A stretch of 16,173 nt of DNA from Thermoanaerobaculia bacterium (lineage in GTDB: Bacteria; Acidobacteriota; Thermoanaerobaculia; Multivoradales; UBA5704): assembly GCA_044226625.1 (NCBI GenBank), contig JBGAGQ010000099.1, positions 1 through 16,173 on the forward strand, given 5' to 3'. The notes beneath the pieces are model-generated. The model did not search any database. It was not told the origin of the DNA and worked only from the letters and a program-made list of their open reading frames with translations. The translations under genes were made by a program, and so were the position numbers. This document shows positions 1 through 9,253 of this stretch, piece by piece (within the stretch, counting starts at the first letter, position 1; every line of letters starts with the position of its first letter).

Positions 1-369
1 CCCCGGCAGCGGATCGTCCGCGAGTACGGCATGACCGAGCTCACCAGCCAGTGCTACACCGAGGCGCTCGCCGACGGAGATCCCGATCTCTTCGTCGCCC
101 CCCCGTGGGTCCGCGTCCGCATCCTCGATCCGGAAACCCTCGCTGAAGCACCCGAAGGGACGCTCGGCCTGATCGCGATCTTTGACCTCGCGAACGTCGG
201 CTCCTCTGTTTCGCTCCTGACCCAGGATCTCGGGATCGCGGAGGGCCAAGGCTTTCGCCTCCTGGGCCGCGCGGCCGGCGCGGAGCTCCGCGGCTGCTCG
301 CTCGCGGCGGAGGAGCTGGCGCGGGTGGGACGGACGCCTATCGGAACGAGCGCAAACGAAAGGCCTTGA
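1..369 (+). CDS. LuxE/PaaK-family acyl-protein synthetase (ANL-like), 5'-truncated by the window edge
   Basis: Frame is open from base 1 (PRQRIVREYGMTELTSQCY...). EYGMTELxSQ, PPWVRVRILDP, DLAN, TQDLG and LLGRAAGAELRGCS are motifs typical of LuxE-like proteins. The ATG at 31 is internal. Confidence 0.8.
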   Translation, partial: PRQRIVREYGMTELTSQCYTEALADGDPDLFVAPPWVRVRILDPETLAEAPEGTLGLIAIFDLANVGSSVSLLTQDLGIAEGQGFRLLGRAAGAELRGCSLAAEELARVGRTPIGTSANERP

Positions 370-395
370 GCCGTCGGCCCCCGGACCTTCCACCC

Positions 396-1424
396 ATGCC
401 TCTCCATGTCGAAACCCCGCTGGTCGACTCGCGCCCCTTAAGCCTCGTCTCCGGGCGCCGGGTGCGGCTCAAGCTCGAGTCGCTCCAGCCTTCCGGCTCG
501 TTCAAGCTGCGCGGGATGGGCGCCGCGTGCGAGACCTACCACGCGCGCGGGGCGCGCCGGTTCCTCTGCTCCTCCAGCGGCAACGCGGGGCTCGCGGTGG
601 CCTACGCCGGGCGGGTGCTCTCGGTCCCGGTCGTCGTGTTCGTCCCGCAGACGGCGACCGAGCGCGCGAAGGAGCTGCTCCGCTCCGAAGGGGCGGAAGT
701 CGTCGTGCACGGCGCCTCATGGCAGGAGGCCAATGAGCTCGCGCTCTCCAAGGTCGGGGCGGACGACGCGTTCCTTCACCCCTTCGACGATCCGCTCCTC
801 TGGCCGGGGCACGCGACGCTGATCGACGAGGCGGCGCAATCGGGACCCAAGCCGGATGCCGTGCTGCCGGACGACGCGTTCCTTCACCCCTTCGACGATC
901 CGCTCCTCTGGCCGGGGCACGCGACGCTGATCGACGAGGCGGCGCAATCGGGACCCAAGCCGGATGCCGTGCTGCTCTCGGTGGGCGGCGGCGGACTGCT
1001 CTGCGGCGTCGCCGAGGGGCTTCACCGGAACGGCTGGACGGACGTTCCGATCCTCGCGGTAGAAACCGAAGGGGCCGCTTCGTACCACGCGGCGATCCAG
1101 GCCGGGCACCCGGTCGAGATCCCGGCGATCACCAGCATCGCCGGCTCCCTCGGAGCGCGGCGCGTCTCCGACCGCGCGTTCCGCTGGGCGAGCGAGCACC
1201 CCATCCGCAGCCTCGTCGTCTCCGACCGGAGCGCGCTCACCGCCTGCGAACGTCTTCTCACCGACCACCGCCTGCTCGTCGAGCCCTCCTGCGGAGCGAG
1301 CCTCGCCCCCATCTACGAGCGAGCGCCGGAGCTCGAGGCCTACTCCGACCTGCTGGTGGTCGTCTGCGGCGGAGCGACCGCGACGATCGATCAGATCCGG
1401 AAATGGCTCGAAACGGCCGCTTGA
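396..1424 (+). CDS. PLP-dependent L-serine/threonine dehydratase (fold type II, SDS-like), with an in-frame 36-aa duplication
   Basis: LHVETPL, KLESLQPSGSFKLRG (PLP lysine), SSSGNAG, SVGGGGL phosphate loop, EPSCG and VCGG motifs. ATG at 396 preferred; TTG at 366, overlapping the upstream stop, is the alternative. Confidence 0.88.
   Translation: MPLHVETPLVDSRPLSLVSGRRVRLKLESLQPSGSFKLRGMGAACETYHARGARRFLCSSSGNAGLAVAYAGRVLSVPVVVFVPQTATERAKELLRSEGAEVVVHGASWQEANELALSKVGADDAFLHPFDDPLLWPGHATLIDEAAQSGPKPDAVLPDDAFLHPFDDPLLWPGHATLIDEAAQSGPKPDAVLLSVGGGGLLCGVAEGLHRNGWTDVPILAVETEGAASYHAAIQAGHPVEIPAITSIAGSLGARRVSDRAFRWASEHPIRSLVVSDRSALTACERLLTDHRLLVEPSCGASLAPIYERAPELEAYSDLLVVVCGGATATIDQIRKWLETAA
760..975 (+). 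repeat. Exact 108-bp tandem duplication (760-867 / 868-975)
   Basis: cggacgacgcgttccttcacccc...ggatgccgtgctgc occurs twice head-to-tail, duplicating DDAFLHPFDDPLLWPGHATLIDEAAQSGPKPDAVL. Confidence 0.97.
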
Positions 1425-1496
1425 GACCCGCTCCCGGGCGCATCCGAGGCGCCGAAATGCCAGAAAATCACTTGCAACCTATTGATGGGAAATGGG

Positions 1497-1525
1497 TTGA
1501 CAGATTTAAAATTGAATTTTAAATT
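1497..1525 (+). promoter_or_regulatory. Sigma70-type promoter with overlapping palindromic operator
   Basis: TTGACA (1497-1502), 17-bp spacer, TAAATT (1520-1525). Perfect inverted repeat ATTTAAAATT-G-AATTTTAAAT at 1504-1524, in a strongly AT-rich patch. Confidence 0.8.
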
Positions 1526-1531
1526 TTCGGG

Positions 1532-2764
1532 GTGTTTCTCCCCCGCCTGCTCAGCCATGCGCTGAACCGCGCGCTGGACGGCTTCCCGGCCGTGCTCGTC
1601 ACCGGTCCGCGGCAATCCGGCAAGACGACGTTCCTTCTCCAACACCTCCAGGGGGCGGGCCCCGCATCGCGCTACGTCTCGCTCGACGACCCTACCGAAC
1701 GCAGCCTCGCCCAAGAGGACCCTTCCGGGTTCCTCGACCGGCTCCCAGAGGGGCGCATCCTGCTCGATGAGATCCAGTACGCCCCGGAGCTACTGCCGCC
1801 GCTCAAGATCCGCATCGACCGCGATCGGCGCCGAACCGGACGCTGGCTCCTGTCGGGCTCGCAGCAGTTTCAGCTCATGGCGAACGTGGGCGAGTCGCTC
1901 GCCGGAAGGGTCGCCCTCCTCGAGCTGCTGCCGTTCGGCCTGGAAGAAACGGCGGATCACGTCCGCCGTTCGGTCGCCGATGCGATTTGGGGTGGCGGCT
2001 ACCCGGAGCCGGTTCTTTACCCGGAGCATCGCGATCTCTGGCTGTCGTCCTACCTGCCCACCTATGTGGAGCGCGACGTCCGCCAACTGCACCACATCCG
2101 AGACCTCCGGACCTTCGAAACCCTGCTCGGCCTCGCCGCGGCGCGCCATGGGCAGCTGCTCAACCTGTCCGATCTGTCGCGGACCTTGGGGGTGACGGTC
2201 CCAACGGTGAAGACCTGGCTCGGTACGCTCGAAGCGTCCTACATCGTCCGCCTGTTGCCGCCCTATTTCGAGAACTTCGGTAAGCGCCTGACGAGATCTC
2301 CGAAGCTCTACTTTCTCGATTCGGCGATCGCCTGCTTCCTCACTCGCCAGCCGAGCGCGGAAGCCGCGTTCGCGGGCGCTATGGGCGGGGCCTTGTTCGA
2401 GGGCCTGATCGTCTCGGAGGCCGCCAAGGTATTCGCCAGCTTGGGGCGTCCGGCGGATCTCTACCACTGGCGCAGCCACGACGGCTTCGAGATCGACCTG
2501 CTCGTCCAGACTCCGACCGGCCTTGCACCGATCGAGATCAAGAGCACCGCGACCCCCACGGCTCGCCACGCCGCGCAGCTGAGTCACTTCACTCAAATCG
2601 CGCCGGCGGCTTCTCGACCCGGCCTCCTGGTCTGCACGATTCCAGAGCCACGTCCCCTTCCGGGCGGACACTTGGCGCTCCCCTGGGATCAGTTTCCGGC
2701 CTGGCTCTGGAACGAGCTCGGCGGGCCACCGCTCGACCGCCCGGCCCCTTCCCAGAGCCCGTAG
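1532..2764 (+). CDS. AAA+ ATPase (AAA_14) with DUF4143 / C-terminal PD-(D/E)xK-like domain
   Basis: Walker A GPRQSGKTT, Walker B ILLDEIQ, SGS, ESLAGR, GGYP, YVERD, HTH-like LSRTLGVTVPTVKTWL, KLYFLD, FEG and EIDLL...IEIKS. GTG start. Confidence 0.9.
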   Translation: MFLPRLLSHALNRALDGFPAVLVTGPRQSGKTTFLLQHLQGAGPASRYVSLDDPTERSLAQEDPSGFLDRLPEGRILLDEIQYAPELLPPLKIRIDRDRRRTGRWLLSGSQQFQLMANVGESLAGRVALLELLPFGLEETADHVRRSVADAIWGGGYPEPVLYPEHRDLWLSSYLPTYVERDVRQLHHIRDLRTFETLLGLAAARHGQLLNLSDLSRTLGVTVPTVKTWLGTLEASYIVRLLPPYFENFGKRLTRSPKLYFLDSAIACFLTRQPSAEAAFAGAMGGALFEGLIVSEAAKVFASLGRPADLYHWRSHDGFEIDLLVQTPTGLAPIEIKSTATPTARHAAQLSHFTQIAPAASRPGLLVCTIPEPRPLPGGHLALPWDQFPAWLWNELGGPPLDRPAPSQSP

Positions 2765-3111
2765 ATCCGCCCGTCAGGGTCGCGAAAGCGGGCGAATCGG
2801 CCAAAGACGCCGACGGATTCGGGGCGCGAATCGACCGCTCCTCCCGCGACTTCGACTCGCGAAAGCGCCTCCTCGAGCGTGCCTTCTTCCAAGTGGAAGA
2901 CGAGGAGCGGCGGCGGATCGTCCGGAGAGGAGAGAATTCCACCGCCGATCGGGCAGGGCGGCGGCCCGGTCTCGTCTGACCGCAGCTTCCAATAGAGCGG
3001 GCCGTCCCAAGGCACCGGAGCCGCCATCCAGCCGAGCGCTTCGCGGAAGAAGCGGGCGAGCCGCTCGGGGTCGCGGGCGTAGATCTCGAAATGCCCGACC
3101 GAGATGCGCAT
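2689..3111 (-). CDS. VOC/glyoxalase-bleomycin resistance family protein
   Basis: HFEIYARDPERLARFF, GGGI, VEVAGG and GRFARFRDPDGRIYGLWE motifs. Its 3' end overlaps the convergent ATPase gene by 76 nt. Confidence 0.85.
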   Translation of the reverse strand: MRISVGHFEIYARDPERLARFFREALGWMAAPVPWDGPLYWKLRSDETGPPPCPIGGGILSSPDDPPPLLVFHLEEGTLEEALSRVEVAGGAVDSRPESVGVFGRFARFRDPDGRIYGLWEGAGRSSGGPPSSFQSQAGN

Positions 3112-3127
3112 GCGCGTCGGCCGGAGG

Positions 3128-3550
3128 TCAGACCTTCATCTGGTAGAGCATGAGGTAGACGATCACGCCCGTTGCCGAAACGTACAGCCAGATCGGCAGC
3201 GTCCAGCGGGCGATCGCGCGATGACGATCGAAGCGCCGCCTGTAGGCCCGCCAGACGGTGATCCCGGCGAGGAACGGCACGGCGGCGGCGAGGATCGTGT
3301 GGCTGATCAGAATGGCGAAATAGACCGTGCGGATCGGCCCCTGGCCTTGGAACTTTACCGAGCCGACCTGCGCGTGGTAGACGAGGTAGGACGTGAGGAA
3401 CAGCGAAGACGTGACGAGCGCGGTGATCATGACGGCGCGATGCGCCGCGATCTTCCGGTTCCGAATCAGGAACCAGCCGGTGATCAAGAGCAGGGTGGAG
3501 AGCGAGTTCAGCGCCGCGTTCACGGCGGGTAGGTCATGGACATCGAGCAT
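3128..3550 (-). CDS. DUF420 (YozB-like) 4-TM membrane protein
   Basis: LPAVNAALN, HRAVM, FLTSYLVYH, YFAILISH, HRAIARWTLPIWLYVSATGVIVY; four hydrophobic segments. Confidence 0.9.
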   Translation of the reverse strand: MLDVHDLPAVNAALNSLSTLLLITGWFLIRNRKIAAHRAVMITALVTSSLFLTSYLVYHAQVGSVKFQGQGPIRTVYFAILISHTILAAAVPFLAGITVWRAYRRRFDRHRAIARWTLPIWLYVSATGVIVYLMLYQMKV

Positions 3551-3681
3551 GGGGCAAAACTATAGACGCGATCGTCGCCGGTCAGACCGCCTGCGGCACC
3601 GACTCGATCTGCCATCATTGAGTCGCGCCGCGCTCCGGCCGCCGAGACACGGCGGTCGGAGAGGCCCCTTCAGGGGAACCG

Positions 3682-4278
3682 ATGCCCAGGAAAGTTCTCG
3701 TCCCGCTGGTCCTCGCCCTGACCGTCACCGCCGGATCGGCTCAGGTTGCGACGCTCTCCCCCGCCGTCCGGACCGTCGTCGACTCGGCGGAGGCCCAGAC
3801 GCGCGTGACCACTTCCTACGACCCATCCTACGTTCGCCTCGCCTACCCCGGGGGCGACGTTCCGCTGGAGACGGGAGTCTGCGCCGACGTGGTGATCCGC
3901 GCGTTCCGGAAGGCCGGGGTCGATCTCCAGAAGACGGTCCACGAAGACATGGCCCGCCAATTCAAGGCCTATCCGCAACGCTGGGGCCTGAACCGGCCCG
4001 ACTCGAACATCGACCATCGGCGGGTGCCGAATCTCATGACGTTCTTCCGCCGCGCGGGCAAGGAGCTGCCGATCACCACCCGGGCGGCCGACTACCTTCC
4101 GGGCGACGTGGTGGCCTGGGACCTCGGCGGAGGGATCACCCACATCGGCGTCGTGAGCGACGATCGGGACGCCCCGGGCGGGCCCTACCGGATGGTCCAC
4201 AACATCGGCCGCGGCGCCCGCTCGGAGGACGTCCTGTTCGCCTGGAAGGTGATCGGGCACTACCGGTACTTCCGGTAG
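3682..4278 (+). CDS. DUF1287 (YijF-like) exported protein
   Basis: Signal peptide; YDPSYVRLAYPGGDVP, GVCADVVIRA, DSNIDHRRVPNL, PGDVVAW, HIGVV and HNIG motifs (NlpC/P60-like Cys/His). Confidence 0.9.
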   Translation: MPRKVLVPLVLALTVTAGSAQVATLSPAVRTVVDSAEAQTRVTTSYDPSYVRLAYPGGDVPLETGVCADVVIRAFRKAGVDLQKTVHEDMARQFKAYPQRWGLNRPDSNIDHRRVPNLMTFFRRAGKELPITTRAADYLPGDVVAWDLGGGITHIGVVSDDRDAPGGPYRMVHNIGRGARSEDVLFAWKVIGHYRYFR

Positions 4279-4288
4279 CCGGGACAGA

Positions 4289-6670
<2,382 letters not shown>

Positions 6671-6677
6671 CGAGGTT

Positions 6678-6697
6678 CCTCCCGTCGCGAGAGGATA
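6678..6697 (-). promoter_or_regulatory. Candidate -10 element and RBS for the M61-brnT-antitoxin unit
   Basis: Minus-strand TATCCT (6692-6697) followed by GGAGG (6678-6682), 7 nt before the ATG. No clear -35. Confidence 0.4.
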
Positions 6698-6750
6698 CGC
6701 CGCCGCGGCGGAATCCGCTCGTTCGTTCGTCCCTCGGCGCGAGGTACAGG

Positions 6751-8979
6751 CTATCCCCGAATTTTCGCCAGGTTCTCCCGCGCCCGTTTCGTCGTGTTGT
6801 GGTCGGGGCCAAGGACCTTTTCGGCGAGGGCGAGCGCCACGGGCAGCACCTTTCGCGCCTCGTCGAGTTTGCCCTCTTTGACCAGGATGTTGCCCAGGGC
6901 GCCGAGAGAATAGATCGTGTGCGGATGCTCTCGTCCGAGGGTCTTCTGCCGCGCGGTGAGAGTCTGCCGGCAGAGGATCTCGGCTTCGGCGAGCTTGCCT
7001 TCCCCGACCAGCGCGCGCACCAGATTGTGGCGCGTGGTGAGCACCTCCGGATGGTCGGGCCCGAAGACGCGCAACTGGCGCGCGCCGAGATCGCGGAAAA
7101 CTTGCTCCGCCTCGGCGAACTTCTCCTCGGAGTTCAGGACGTTGCCGAGGTTGTTGGTGATCGCGAGGGTCTCTGGATAGTCCTGTCCCTTGAGCCGGCC
7201 GAGCCGCTGGACCAGCTCGCGATGGAGCGTCTCCGACTCGGCCAAATGGCCGGTGCGGTCGAGGATCTGGGCGAGCTGCCCTCCCGCCGAGATCGTCTGC
7301 GGCGCGTCCTCGCCGAGCGTCCTGCGGAGGTGAGCGAGCGTTTCGCGCGCGATGGGCAGGGCTTCCTCGGAACGGGTGAGCTCGTACAGGACGGCGACCT
7401 GCGTGCCGCGGGTTTCGAGCAGCTTCGGATCGTCCGCCGGGAGGAATCGGCTCTGGGCTGCTACGGTCTTTTCGGCCAGCGCCAGCGCTTCCTGGAGCCG
7501 GCCGACGGAGAGCAGCTCGTAGGCGTAGGCGTTCTGCGCCTCGAGCGTCGCCGAATCGTCCGGGCCGAGCATCCGCCGCCGGATCTCGAGAGCGCGCCCG
7601 GCCTCCCGGAGCGCCGGTTCGGCCAGGCCGAGCGCATCGTACGTTCGACCCAAGGTGAGATGAAGCGCCGCCTCCGTCTCCGGCCGCCCGGCGAACTTCT
7701 TGGGCAGCTCGGCCGCGGCGCGGTCGAGCAGATCGGCGACCTTGACGTCCCGCCCGCTCTCGAGCGGCGAAGCCGAGGCCAGCATGTCGGTCAGGAACTG
7801 GTTGACGGCGGTCGCCTTCTGCGCCTCGCTCGCGGCGCGTGCCTCGGCGCGGCGCGAGGAGATTAGCGCGACCGACGTGCCGACCACCCCGGTGATCAAG
7901 GAGGCTGCGACCAAGGCCGAGGCCGCCACCGCGAGGCGGTTGCGCCGCACGAATTTCTTCGCCCGGTTCGCCAAGCTCGGCGGGCTCGCAAGGACAGGCC
8001 GGTGGGAGAGGAAACGCTCGAGGTCGGCGCGTAGGTCCGCGACCGAGGGGTAGCGATCCTCCGGGCGCTTTTCGAGCGCGCGGCGGACGATCCAGTCGAG
8101 GTCGCCCGAGAGCTCGCGCGCGAGGGTCGGCGGGTCCGTCCCGCGCGAGGCGGCGATCTCGCCGCTCGCCTCCGCCGTAGCCAACCGCCGCGCGAGCGGC
8201 TCGGGCTCGGAGTTCAGGATCCGCTCGATCAGCGAGGTCGCGTTGCGTCCCGCGAACGGCGGCTCTCCGACCAAGAGCAGATAGAGCAGAAGGCCCAGGC
8301 CGTAGACGTCGGTGCGCGTGTCGGTGTGGCGCGCGGGGTTCGGGTCGAGCTGCTCCGGGCTCGCGTAGGCGAGCGTGCCCACCTGTAACCCAAGCTGCGT
8401 CGGCGCGGCCTCGCCCGCGAGGTCCCCTTCGATCGCCTTGGCGATGCCGAAGTCGATCACCTTCGGCACCGGCCCGCCGGTCGCGCTCTCGGCGACCAGC
8501 ACGTTGGACGGCTTCAGGTCCCGGTGGAGGATGCCTTTCTGGTGCGCGTGCTCGATCGCCCGGCAGACAGGCAGAAACAGCTGGATCCTGGCGCGGACGG
8601 GCATTTTCGACCGGTCGGCATGGCGGGTGATCGGCAGGCCCTCGACCCGCTCCATGACGAAATAGGGATCGCCTTCGGCGGTCACTCCCGCGTCGTAGAG
8701 CCGCGCCACGTTCGGGTGCTCGAGCAGCGCGAGCACCTGGCGCTCGAGCTCGAAGCGGGCGACGATCCGTTCGCTCGCCCGGCCGCTCGCCCGAATCACC
8801 TTGAGCGCCACCGCGCGGCGCACCGGCTCGAGCTGCTCGGCGGCGTAGACGGCGCCCATCCCCCCTTCGCCCAACAGCTCGCCCAGCCGATAGCGCCCGA
8901 TCCGCCGCGGCTCGCTTTCGGCGCGGCGTTTCGCCGAGGGGGTCTCGGCCAGGGTTACGGAGTCCTCGATCTCGGTCAT
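6751..8979 (-). CDS. Hanks-type Ser/Thr protein kinase with one TM helix and C-terminal TPR (kinesin-light-chain-like) repeats
   Basis: GEGGMG, VALK, HRDLKPSN, DFG, GTLAYASPEQ, DVYGLG and RYPS motifs; TM segment LAVAASALVAASLITGVVGTSVALI; ~42-aa repeats with LGPDD, LGEDAP, FGPDHP, LGREHP, LGPDH. ATG 8979 preferred over 9090, with a TAGAAT -10 candidate at 9011-9016. Confidence 0.93.
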   Translation of the reverse strand: MTEIEDSVTLAETPSAKRRAESEPRRIGRYRLGELLGEGGMGAVYAAEQLEPVRRAVALKVIRASGRASERIVARFELERQVLALLEHPNVARLYDAGVTAEGDPYFVMERVEGLPITRHADRSKMPVRARIQLFLPVCRAIEHAHQKGILHRDLKPSNVLVAESATGGPVPKVIDFGIAKAIEGDLAGEAAPTQLGLQVGTLAYASPEQLDPNPARHTDTRTDVYGLGLLLYLLLVGEPPFAGRNATSLIERILNSEPEPLARRLATAEASGEIAASRGTDPPTLARELSGDLDWIVRRALEKRPEDRYPSVADLRADLERFLSHRPVLASPPSLANRAKKFVRRNRLAVAASALVAASLITGVVGTSVALISSRRAEARAASEAQKATAVNQFLTDMLASASPLESGRDVKVADLLDRAAAELPKKFAGRPETEAALHLTLGRTYDALGLAEPALREAGRALEIRRRMLGPDDSATLEAQNAYAYELLSVGRLQEALALAEKTVAAQSRFLPADDPKLLETRGTQVAVLYELTRSEEALPIARETLAHLRRTLGEDAPQTISAGGQLAQILDRTGHLAESETLHRELVQRLGRLKGQDYPETLAITNNLGNVLNSEEKFAEAEQVFRDLGARQLRVFGPDHPEVLTTRHNLVRALVGEGKLAEAEILCRQTLTARQKTLGREHPHTIYSLGALGNILVKEGKLDEARKVLPVALALAEKVLGPDHNTTKRARENLAKIRG

Positions 8980-9081
8980 GTGGCTCGCATGGAAACGGGG
9001 AATCGGCACGATTCTAAGGCCGGTTTCGGCTCGGCCGCTGGGCACCGCTCGCACCTTTCGTGCCGACGCGAACACCTCTGA

Positions 9082-9231
9082 AATGCTCACATTTTCATCG
9101 CATGCTCACCTGGCTATGCGAGGTCGTTCCCGAGGTGGGCCGGCAAGCAGATCATCGTCCGGCTCGGCGATCAGGCGAGCGGCGGATTCGACGACATCTG
9201 GTTCGACAACCTCATCCTCACGGTGAGGTGA
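9082..9231 (+). pseudogene. Probable 3' remnant of a gene encoding a beta-sandwich/jelly-roll domain
   Basis: Stop-to-stop frame with no ATG/GTG/TTG start. 9133-9231 reads RWAGKQIIVRLGDQASGGFDDIWFDNLILTVR* with nearly all third positions G/C. Confidence 0.5.
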
Positions 9232-9253
9232 GCCGAGCCTTTATAAAGCTCCA

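Noticed and set aside
1-369. Bioluminescence (lux) operon
   Set aside because: No luciferase luxA/luxB or luxG in the window; LuxE-like proteins are widespread in non-luminous bacteria.
760-975. CRISPR array or mobile-element repeats suggested by the duplications here and at 15278-15559
   Set aside because: Only two copies each, no spacers, inside coding sequence, and no cas, transposase or terminal inverted repeats.
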